A stretch of 20,000 nt of DNA from an uncultured virus (IMG/VR IMGVR_UViG_3300024500_000029) (IMGVR_UViG_3300024500_000029), one strand, 5' to 3'; positions 1-6,440 are shown, numbered from the stretch's first letter. The notes: a model not told the origin generated them from the sequence alone. Made by a program: numbers and translations.

Positions 1-1
1 T

Positions 2-415
2 GACTTAATAGATAGTGGTGAGTTTCCCTTACACTCGGCTTATTTCGAAGCATTGATGATAGCCAAGCCTAACCAGTATTTTTTACAGAGCGATTTTGAC
101 AAAAAATGGCCTGAGTATGGATACAGAGATCTAGGTAGTGAGGGTCAGGGCATACTCAACTGGGCTAACGATCATATGAACTTTGACCAGGCTAGAGAAA
201 AGAAAACAGAACTAGTGACTAGGTTGCAGCAAAGCAGTCGTTACCATATCCCTGGGCAAACCGCCTGGGCTCTAATGAACTATAATAATTTTACGCTGGA
301 CAGAGTGCAAAATTTAAAAAACATAGAAATAGACTGGCAGGAAGTCAAGGACAGCAAACAGGCTTTTGTAACAGAATACAAGCAGAAAATGCTTGCTTTT
401 TTAGCAACTAATTAG
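2..415 (+). CDS. Hypothetical protein, C-terminal part (truncated by window edge)
   Basis: The frame is open from position 2 to the TAG at 413-415. The ORF-track start at 53 is a TTG and probably not the true start. Confidence 0.7.
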   Translation, partial: DLIDSGEFPLHSAYFEALMIAKPNQYFLQSDFDKKWPEYGYRDLGSEGQGILNWANDHMNFDQAREKKTELVTRLQQSSRYHIPGQTAWALMNYNNFTLDRVQNLKNIEIDWQEVKDSKQAFVTEYKQKMLAFLATN

Positions 416-458
416 CAAAATTACAACAGTTGACATTAATGCACCAAATCGTTAAAAT
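392..458 (+). promoter_or_regulatory. Sigma70-type promoter with upstream palindromic operator-like sites
   Basis: TTGACA 430-435, 17-nt spacer, TAAAAT 453-458. CTTGC-N7-GCAAC at 392-408 and a degenerate second site at 412-427. Confidence 0.75.
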
Positions 459-488
459 AGCGGTATAGTAAACGATAAGGAGCAAGCA

Positions 489-731
489 ATGTTAACAACT
501 AAACAAGCACGTGAAATTGTTAATAAACAAATTAAATATTTTCAGAGCTGGACGGATAAAAGTCGCGCTAGTGATGGTGAAGCGATGCGTAATGTTTGTT
601 TTCACGTGGGCTACCTTACTAAAGAAAGTGATATTGCTAAAATTAAAAATAGTCTAGAGCTTGCTGGGCATACTGGCAAGACTAGGTTGATGGGTGGTTA
701 TCTGCGTTTAACCAACTTGGAAATAAATTAA
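489..731 (+). CDS. Hypothetical protein (80 aa)
   Basis: AAGGAG RBS just upstream, own promoter, ATG to TAA. Confidence 0.8.
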   Translation: MLTTKQAREIVNKQIKYFQSWTDKSRASDGEAMRNVCFHVGYLTKESDIAKIKNSLELAGHTGKTRLMGGYLRLTNLEIN

Positions 732-743
732 TTAAAAAAGTAG

Positions 744-772
744 TTGACAGTAATTGCACTAGATGATATAAT
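744..772 (+). promoter_or_regulatory. Consensus sigma70 promoter for the tRNA-Leu/ncRNA transcript
   Basis: TTGACA 744-749, 17-nt spacer, TATAAT 767-772. Confidence 0.85.
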
Positions 773-839
773 ATAAGACTGCACTAAACGATGCAGCCCA
801 AGTAGTAGAAAAAAGTTCTATAACAATTAGTAAAACAAT

Positions 840-923
840 GCCCTGGTGGTGGAATGGTAGACACGCTAGTCTTAGGAACTAGTATCGCAAGGTGTGGGAG
901 TTCGAGTCTCCCCTGGGGCACCA
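840..923 (+). tRNA. trnL: tRNA-Leu (TAG)
   Basis: Cloverleaf; anticodon arm CTAGT-CT TAG GA-ACTAG; long variable arm; TTCGAGT T-loop; encoded CCA. Confidence 0.95.
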
Positions 924-1148
924 TATTAAAATATATTAGGTTACCTAGCCAGTAGGGGGCCTAGAAGAGGATAACCACTTGACGGAGTGGCTCTTGCTAG
1001 GTCTCACGAAACCTTGAGATAATATCAGGAGGACGCTGGAACAACTAGGAACGTAATGTGTGACACAGACAAATCCGTGGACGGCACGGTTGGGCAGAGT
1101 TCAAAGGCTGCGATCTCTGTGAAGCATCCTAATATATTTTAATATGGT
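920..1148 (+). ncRNA. Stem-enclosed structured RNA cassette A
   Basis: Perfect 21-bp inverted repeat ACCATATTAAAATATATTAGG (920-940) / CCTAATATATTTTAATATGGT (1128-1148). Interior has several helices (CCTAG/CTAGG, CCAG/CTGG, CCACT/AGTGG, CCGTG/CACGG, CAGAG/CTCTG). Confidence 0.65.
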
Positions 1149-1314
1149 ACAAGACTGTTCATATAACACTGCAATGGGATATGACAGGCTGCGTAAGTGT
1201 ATTGGCTGGCACAGAAGCCCCAGTAGCGGAGAGTTGAAGCACTTGCAGGTGTGGATGAGTTCCGTGACCGGGCGTCTAGGTTGGGTTCGAATCCCATCGC
1301 ATTTGTTTGCACCA
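1146..1314 (+). ncRNA. tRNA-like RNA with expanded anticodon domain
   Basis: D-arm GTGT/GCAC (1197-1212); anticodon-like stem 1213-1220/1270-1277 enclosing 49 nt; T-arm TGGG-TTCGAAT-CCCA; TGCG/CGCA short acceptor helix; 3' ACCA at 1311-1314. Confidence 0.55.
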
Positions 1315-1448
1315 TATTGAAGCACATTTCTGTCATTGCCGTGCCAGCTTCACGGTGAGTACAAGAGTACGGAAGTAGCTACCCGACAGGTTGTACAAAG
1401 TTACAAGTGGGTTAATGACAGCCCCTTGGGAGTGTGTTTCAATATGGT
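1311..1448 (+). ncRNA. Stem-enclosed structured RNA cassette B
   Basis: 20-bp stem ACCATATTGAAGCACATTTC / GGAGTGTGTTTCAATATGGT with 3 G-U pairs; inner helix TGTCATT/AATGACA. Confidence 0.65.
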
Positions 1449-1450
1449 GG

Positions 1451-1479
1451 TTGACATTAAAAGAATTTAGCTGTAATAT
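1451..1479 (+). promoter_or_regulatory. Sigma70-type promoter for the large ncRNA
   Basis: TTGACA 1451-1456, 17-nt spacer, TAATAT 1474-1479. Confidence 0.7.
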
Positions 1480-1485
1480 AGATAC

Positions 1486-2370
1486 TTAGGGAGTTTAATC
1501 TCTTGTTAGGCGGTTCGCCGTCTAACTAAGGATAAGTGGCGTGAGTCACCCAAAGCAGAATCCTCCTACAGGACTGCGCCAGAGATGGTCCAGTTAAACA
1601 AGCCTGCTCACTACCGCGAGGTAGCGATCACTGATAAGACCGGTGGTTGTAACAATGAAGCTGGTGTAGTGGAAAGAACTTGTATCGACTAGCCCGCAAG
1701 GGAACTAGGGTGCAAGGAAAGTAACAGGTGGTGCTGACTTCACTACAAAACCAACCAGTTAGTTGGTATGAGAAAGGGTAGTGCATTTGTCCAAGGTTTC
1801 GCAGCCAAGGGCTTGTGTGCAGTATGAATGGTACTTGGGGCTGCTGTGAGGCGTCACAAGAATCGTGAAATACTACTGAGTAGCCGGCAGGCGAAAGGTA
1901 CGTGGTGTGTTGTATCGTGTATTCCAAAAGAGTATGCGGCAACTGGAGCAGCACATCATAGTAGGTTGATATAGCTCATTGGTAGAGCAACAGTCCTTTT
2001 AAACTGTAGGCAGTTGGTTCAAATCCAACTATCATTAAACAAAAACGCAAAGACTGCTCCGGTTGTATGTGAAAAGCATCTAACACTTAGGGCGTAAGCT
2101 AACTAAGTTCAGTCTAACCCGCAAGGTGAAACTGATTTGTACTAGAAGATTCGTAGCTCGCAAGGCTTAATGGACCGCAAGTTCAACGGGTAATAAGGTA
2201 CAGAGTAGCATACAATGACAAGACTACTGCCTGTCTTTAAACGGCGATGCTGCAAGCAGACTGGATCACATAGCGATATGGATCTTGTGGATGTCGTGGA
2301 GAAGATTGGCTCGCAAGGCTGACTATAATACCCGAGGTGCTTGTAGTTAAGATGTAATCTCAGTCTTAAC
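1486..2370 (+). ncRNA. Large ornate ncRNA, GOLLD-like (~885 nt)
   Basis: No credible ORF; GC-richer than flanks; many GNRA-capped hairpins (CCC-GCAA-GGG, CTACC-GCGA-GGTAG, GC-GTAA-GC); 13-bp helix 1939-1951/2054-2066; terminal hairpin 2346-2370. Size, phage tRNA-cluster context and internal tRNA-like domain match what is known of GOLLD RNAs. Family not verified by covariance search; ends approximate. Confidence 0.65.
1965..2036 (+). tRNA. tRNA-Lys-like domain embedded in the large ncRNA (8-nt anticodon loop, no CCA)
   Basis: TAGCTCATTGGTAGAGC D-arm; ACAGT-CCTTTTAA-ACTGT anticodon arm; GTTGG-TTCAAAT-CCAAC T-arm; imperfect acceptor GTTGATA/TATCATT. Confidence 0.7.
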
Positions 2371-2461
2371 ACTTTCTAAAACACATTGTAGTGGATTTCA
2401 CAAGTATGAGTCGCATTCTAAAGAGTGCCCTTGAGATTGGATATAGTGTGTTTCAGAAAGT
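2371..2461 (+). ncRNA. Stem-enclosed RNA cassette C
   Basis: ACTTTCTAAAACACATTGTA (2371-2390) pairs with TATAGTGTGTTTCAGAAAGT (2442-2461), with one A-C mismatch and G-U pairs. Same core as cassettes B and E. Confidence 0.6.
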
Positions 2462-2470
2462 CAAGAATCC

Positions 2471-2654
2471 GGTTACTACTTTCCTAAAAGTAGCGTATGG
2501 CACACGACAAGGCCCGGTGGCTAGGGCACCGTTAGCGTTACTAGAGACAGACGACCTAGCAGCGTGGACACTTCGTCGGCCGTCTGCCAAACAGTGTTCG
2601 GACAGGGTAACAACTCCAGGATAGGGGCGACCGTGGAAAAGCGTGGCCTAACCA
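2471..2654 (+). ncRNA. Unknown structured ncRNA (~184 nt)
   Basis: GGTTA/TAACC end pairing and 3' ACCA; hairpins CTACTTT/AAAGTAG, CGGTG/CACCG, CTAG/CTAG; possible pseudoknot CAGACG/CGTCTG. Confidence 0.5.
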
Positions 2655-2655
2655 A

Positions 2656-2814
2656 TATATTAGCAAGTGTTATCGATGAAACATTGGGTATCGTAAACTG
2701 ATCATTTACTATGCGGGCCTAACTGGCGTGGAACAGGTCCTGACATAACCAGCCATACGCTCTGGAACGGAAGCACCGGACTCCTAAATTGGCACGATAG
2801 CACTTACTAATATA
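2656..2814 (+). ncRNA. Stem-enclosed RNA cassette D
   Basis: TATATTAGCAAGTGTTATCG (2656-2675) pairs with CGATAGCACTTACTAATATA (2795-2814); 19 of 20 positions paired, including one G-U. Confidence 0.6.
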
Positions 2815-2826
2815 ATACTAATATAA

Positions 2827-2901
2827 GGTTCCATAGTATATCGGTTAGTACACCGCCCTGTCACGGCAGAAGGAGGGGTTCGACTCCCCTTGGGACCGCC
2901 A
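2827..2901 (+). tRNA. trnD: tRNA-Asp (GTC)
   Basis: GGTTCCA/TGGGACC acceptor, CT GTC AC loop, TTCGACT T-loop, GCCA end. Confidence 0.92.
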
Positions 2902-2976
2902 AGTTTCTCTACACTACATCTAAGCCTTGATAGGTAGGGGAAGGCAGGTGGCTTAGGCTTGCCGAGAGTTTTTATT

Positions 2977-3053
2977 GCACCGTTAGACATCTGGTTGAGG
3001 TCACCACCCTTTCAAGGTGGCTAGAGCGGGTTCGAATCCCCTACGGTGTACCA
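2977..3053 (+). tRNA. trnE: tRNA-Glu (TTC)
   Basis: GCACCGT/ACGGTGT acceptor, CCACC-CT TTC AA-GGTGG arm, CCA end. Confidence 0.92.
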
Positions 3054-3164
3054 AGATGCACAGTGTCGCTTTACGCTGTGGCAGGACGGCCTCTGTATCC
3101 TAGGACTCAAGCCTCTCAGACTGCAACTAGAGTTCTCGCAAAAGAACATAGCAAGATTTAGATT

Positions 3165-3251
3165 GGGTGCTTAGTCCCGTAATGGTATCGGGGGCAGACT
3201 GTAAATCTGTTGTCTTTGGCCTTCTCTGTTCGAATCGGAGAGCACCCACCA
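3165..3251 (+). tRNA. trnY: tRNA-Tyr (GTA)
   Basis: GGGTGCT/AGCACCC acceptor, GCAGA-CT GTA AA-TCTGT arm, long variable arm, CCA end. Confidence 0.92.
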
Positions 3252-3267
3252 AGTTAAGAAAGTAGAT

Positions 3268-3471
3268 ATGTATAAAGTATATTGGACCTACGGTGATGAA
3301 ACCTACGGTCAAGAATTTGAAGATATGACAGAAGCACTTAATTATTGTCAGCATCTTAGAAGTACTGGTAGAAAGTATGTTACTATGTGCAGCGAGCTTG
3401 CTGATATGGTTGGCGAGTTTGGTGTAACGGAAACTGGACCTGGTTATGATTGGAAAAAACGTAGAGATTAA
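3268..3471 (+). CDS. Hypothetical protein (67 aa)
   Basis: Fills the gap between two tRNAs exactly; protein-like composition. Confidence 0.75.
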   Translation: MYKVYWTYGDETYGQEFEDMTEALNYCQHLRSTGRKYVTMCSELADMVGEFGVTETGPGYDWKKRRD

Positions 3472-3472
3472 T

Positions 3473-3550
3473 CCGTCCTTAGCTCAGTAGGATTAGAGCA
3501 TCAGGCTACGAACTTGAAGGTCGGGGGTTCGACTCCCTCAGGACGGTCCA
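3473..3550 (+). tRNA. trnR: tRNA-Arg (ACG)
   Basis: CCGTCCT/AGGACGG acceptor, CT ACG AA loop, CCA end. Confidence 0.93.
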
Positions 3551-3561
3551 AAAATAATTAA

Positions 3562-3807
3562 ATGGATTTAATAAAAAACATTTCAGAGAAAGCCAAGGAG
3601 TCAGTGCCCAAGGGAGTACTGGCTCCTGACCTTTGGATAGAACATTATAATAAAATATTTGCTAGGTTAGTTGTACAGGAATGTCTAGACATTTTAAATG
3701 AACACATTCGGGAAGACAGTAAAGAAGAGAGGGATATATACTTAAAAAGTTTTAGACAGGATCTAAAACAACATTTTGGTCTAGGGAGAAATCAAGACAA
3801 TGAATAG
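3562..3807 (+). CDS. Hypothetical protein (A-x-L-V/I-V-Q-E-C paralog 1)
   Basis: ORF in an overlapping gene chain; FARLVVQECL ... KQHFGL shared with the next ORF. Confidence 0.75.
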   Translation: MDLIKNISEKAKESVPKGVLAPDLWIEHYNKIFARLVVQECLDILNEHIREDSKEERDIYLKSFRQDLKQHFGLGRNQDNE

Positions 3808-4096
3808 CAATCTATTGGACGACCTTATGTATCAAGCAGGTATGACTGCTCAGGGTTGCTGGGACAATCTTGACGATTATGATAAAGAGGCCATACTGAG
3901 ATTGGCTAAATTAATAGTGCAAGAGTGTGTAAAATCTTGCGGTAGCCAGGCAGACAAGGCTAACATCTTAAAAACTTTTGGCCTGCCTGTGGAATCCAAT
4001 GTTAAATATATTAGTCCTGAAGCATCAGGTAGTGTGGACTCTCAATATAGAAGAAGATATAACCTAGCACCCACTCAGGGAGTAAATAATGACTAA
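3800..4096 (+). CDS. Hypothetical protein (paralog 2)
   Basis: LAKLIVQECV ... LKTFGL; overlaps the previous gene's end. Confidence 0.75.
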   Translation: MNSNLLDDLMYQAGMTAQGCWDNLDDYDKEAILRLAKLIVQECVKSCGSQADKANILKTFGLPVESNVKYISPEASGSVDSQYRRRYNLAPTQGVNND

Positions 4097-4238
4097 GAAA
4101 AAAGTCAAAACTGATACTGAACTAGATAAAAAATGTAATGCAGCAATAAAAAGAGTTAATAAACATATAGATACACTTGTTGCACGACATTTAAAAGAGA
4201 TGGGACTTGTCGTAACTGATACTAAAAAAATAATTTAA
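4089..4238 (+). CDS. Small basic hypothetical protein (49 aa, MTKKKVKTDTELDKKCN...)
   Basis: Below the ORF-track cutoff. GGAG RBS; its TAA overlaps the next ATG (TAATG). Confidence 0.6.
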   Translation: MTKKKVKTDTELDKKCNAAIKRVNKHIDTLVARHLKEMGLVVTDTKKII

Positions 4239-5290
4239 TGAAACCCAGTCATTTTTATTTCGACGATAAAATATTAGAACGCGAACAATTACTTTTTAAA
4301 CAGGCAAGATATCTAGGACACGAACTATCTGTCAATAACTATCGCACACTTCCACAGGACAATAGTGGTAGAGTGTTAGTTAAAAACAACAACGGTATAG
4401 AGTGTATAGAAAATGTCTGCCGCCACCGCCAAGCAGTAATGCTAACAGGCAGTGGAGAAACATCAAACATTATTTGTCCATTACACGGCTGGACCTACAA
4501 TCTAGAAGGCGAACTTGTTGGCGCCCCACATTTTGATCCTTGCCCTAATAGACCACTAAGAAAATTTAGCACACAGAGCTGGAACGGTCTATTTTTTGAA
4601 TCAGGTAAGTTTAACATTGTTCGAGATCTTATTGGTATGAGAGCTGGTAAGTATTTTGATTTTAACAATTACCAGTACCATAGCACTCAGGAACATCATT
4701 GTGATTACAACTGGAAGACCTTTATAGAAGTCTACCTAGACGATTATCACGTGGTACCTTTCCATCCTGGCCTTGGTAATTTTGTAGATTGTAATAAACT
4801 AGACTGGCAGTTTGGTGACTGGTATAGTGTGCAGACTGTGGGAGTTCATAATGAATTGCGCACTCCCGGTACACCAGTTTATCGTCGCTGGCACGATGTA
4901 TTAATGAATTATCGTAAGGGACAAATACCTGAATTTGGGGCAATATGGCTGACCATCTATCCTAATGTAATGGTGGAATGGTATCCTGAAGTTTTAGTAA
5001 TTTCTAGTCTGTGGCCGGAAACACCACAGCGCACAAAAAATATTGTTGAATTTTATTATCCCGAGGATATAGCTTTATTTGAACCTGAGTTTGTTCAAGC
5101 TCATCAGGCTGCCTATATGGAAACCTGTTATGAAGATGATGAAATAGCAAGGCGTATGGATCAGGGTAGATGTCATCTTAATAACAATAATTATAGTGAT
5201 TACGGACCTGTACACAATCCTATGGAACTAGGTCTAGAATATTTTTACAAGTATTACAACAATTATGTTTTTGGTTTATTTGGCGAATAA
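4238..5290 (+). CDS. Rieske non-heme iron oxygenase alpha subunit (ring-hydroxylating / choline monooxygenase-like)
   Basis: Rieske ligands CRH ... CPLHGW; catalytic motif NWKTFIEVYLDDYHVVPFH; C-terminal EDDEI. Confidence 0.9.
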   Translation: MKPSHFYFDDKILEREQLLFKQARYLGHELSVNNYRTLPQDNSGRVLVKNNNGIECIENVCRHRQAVMLTGSGETSNIICPLHGWTYNLEGELVGAPHFDPCPNRPLRKFSTQSWNGLFFESGKFNIVRDLIGMRAGKYFDFNNYQYHSTQEHHCDYNWKTFIEVYLDDYHVVPFHPGLGNFVDCNKLDWQFGDWYSVQTVGVHNELRTPGTPVYRRWHDVLMNYRKGQIPEFGAIWLTIYPNVMVEWYPEVLVISSLWPETPQRTKNIVEFYYPEDIALFEPEFVQAHQAAYMETCYEDDEIARRMDQGRCHLNNNNYSDYGPVHNPMELGLEYFYKYYNNYVFGLFGE

Positions 5291-5294
5291 CAAT

Positions 5295-5323
5295 TCGACT
5301 TAATAAACTTTTAGTAGTAAAAT
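5295..5323 (+). promoter_or_regulatory. Putative sigma70 promoter for tRNA-Val/Asn
   Basis: TCGACT, 17-nt spacer, TAAAAT ending 7 nt before the tRNA. Confidence 0.5.
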
Positions 5324-5330
5324 GTTATAT

Positions 5331-5406
5331 GGGAAGTTAGCTCAGTTGGTAGAGCGTCTGCTTTACACGCAGAATGTCGGCGGTTCGATCCCGTCACTTC
5401 CTACCA
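5331..5406 (+). tRNA. trnV: tRNA-Val (TAC)
   Basis: TCTGC-TT TAC AC-GCAGA arm, canonical cloverleaf, CCA end. Confidence 0.95.
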
Positions 5407-5413
5407 ATTTTAT

Positions 5414-5489
5414 TCCAGCGTAGCTCAGTGGTAGTAGCAGTTGACTGTTAATCAATTGGTCGTTGGTTCGATCCCAACCGCTGGAGCCA
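5414..5489 (+). tRNA. trnN: tRNA-Asn (GTT)
   Basis: TCCAGCG/CGCTGGA acceptor, CT GTT AA loop, GCCA end. Confidence 0.95.
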
Positions 5490-5508
5490 ATTTTATAAGG
5501 GGAAAGTA

Positions 5509-5718
5509 ATGCTAATAACGGAAGCTCAGGGTTATAAACTCTATTGTGAAGTCACGCCAGTGGATTTTCCCCCGGCACTTTTTAGAGTGCATATTTTTAC
5601 TAAGTTCGACTGGGCCAAGGACCCCGAGGCCATACAGACCAAGATGGAACTGTTTTTTGATGAGGCTGAACTGGAAGCTTTTAGAACCGCTTTGAGCGTA
5701 CCACGCCTAGATCAGTAA
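5509..5718 (+). CDS. Hypothetical protein (69 aa)
   Basis: AAGGGG RBS; ATG to TAA. Confidence 0.7.
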   Translation: MLITEAQGYKLYCEVTPVDFPPALFRVHIFTKFDWAKDPEAIQTKMELFFDEAELEAFRTALSVPRLDQ

Positions 5719-5737
5719 TTCCCTGTTAAATACAGGT

Positions 5738-5986
5738 ATGAAAGACCTGTTAAAGAATTTACCTCAAATATTAAGTGCTCTTCCCGAAATAGTTAAGTAT
5801 TTAAAATATATACCTATTTTAATGTTACTAGCGGGCATAGGCTATGGGGTATTGTATTATATGGACAATCACAAAGATCCCTACAAATGTGTCAATAACC
5901 ACGTTTTTGAACAGTTAAGAATAGACAGTGATGTCTATGTGTTCAAGGGCGGTACTTGCATTGATGCCAAGGACCTAGAACAATGA
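5738..5986 (+). CDS. Hypothetical membrane protein
   Basis: Hydrophobic segment IPILMLLAGIGYGVLYY. Confidence 0.7.
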   Translation: MKDLLKNLPQILSALPEIVKYLKYIPILMLLAGIGYGVLYYMDNHKDPYKCVNNHVFEQLRIDSDVYVFKGGTCIDAKDLEQ

Positions 5987-6267
5987 TAGTTTACCGTGTG
6001 CCTAGTTCTTTACTAACTGACTATGCTCAAGTTGGCCAACATCAACAAGTGTTAGCCAAGTATAAAAGACAAGATGCTGAATTACAAAATTACAACGAAC
6101 TTGTCAAGCTTATTTCTATGCAGGAAGGTCTTAGGTTATTAAGAAATTACAATTATATGAAGGACACTGAATTTTTAACTCAGTATGCCTATGCCGAAAG
6201 CATCAAGGAACAACGACTAGTACAAAGAGCTGCTAGTGTTGGTCTCTATATAGACAGATACATATAA
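5983..6267 (+). CDS. Hypothetical protein (94 aa)
   Basis: ATGA overlap with the previous gene. Confidence 0.7.
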   Translation: MIVYRVPSSLLTDYAQVGQHQQVLAKYKRQDAELQNYNELVKLISMQEGLRLLRNYNYMKDTEFLTQYAYAESIKEQRLVQRAASVGLYIDRYI

Positions 6268-6288
6268 TATTATCGCGTGTGAGGAAGT

Positions 6289-6374
6289 CGCCTTTACTGA
6301 CGGCGTACAGTAGGATAAATTGTCAGTAGTCTACAGACCCCGTCTTAGCAGTCTCGGACGATAAACGAGACTGC
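6289..6374 (+). ncRNA. Putative pseudoknot plus hairpin element
   Basis: CGCC/GGCG stem whose loop TACTGAC pairs with GTCAGTA (6322-6328); perfect 9-bp hairpin GCAGTCTCG/CGAGACTGC (6348-6374). Confidence 0.4.
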
Positions 6375-6440
6375 ATATTGAAGCACATTGCGATGCCGTT
6401 CCGCGGCGGCGACCACAACGAGAGTAGTGTGTTTCAATAT
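6375..6440 (+). ncRNA. Stem-enclosed RNA cassette E
   Basis: ATATTGAAGCACATTGC / GTAGTGTGTTTCAATAT, 17 bp with 3 G-U pairs; 15 nt of each arm identical to cassette B. Confidence 0.6.

Noticed and set aside
1146..1314. tmRNA
   Set aside because: Too short, no tag ORF, no Ala-type acceptor stem, and a D-stem is present.
1331..1428. Twister or hammerhead ribozyme in cassette B
   Set aside because: Only fragmentary resemblance (TAATGACAGCC, GTTACAAG); I could not build the required core or pseudoknots.
920..1448. Cassettes as MITEs or retron a1/a2 ncRNAs
   Set aside because: No transposase, reverse transcriptase or target-site duplication is visible, G-U-biased variation favours RNA stems, and the interiors are unrelated. 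Not fully excluded without the rest of the genome.
1101..2624. ORF-track ORFs in the ncRNA block (1101-1325, 1139-1336, 1628-1954, 2142-2372, 2391-2624)
   Set aside because: No RBS, atypical composition, mostly antisense to clearly structured RNAs.
920..2814. CRISPR array
   Set aside because: The repeats are inverted pairs with variable spacing, not direct repeats with regular spacers.
2784..3354. Minus-strand ORFs over tRNA-Asp and tRNA-Tyr, and similar ORFs at 7026, 8838 and 11303
   Set aside because: Antisense shadows of tRNA genes and real CDSs.
6392..6423. HDV-like (theta) ribozyme in cassette E
   Set aside because: A GCC-N7-GGC hairpin resembles P3/L3, but the P1/P2 nested pseudoknot could not be formed.
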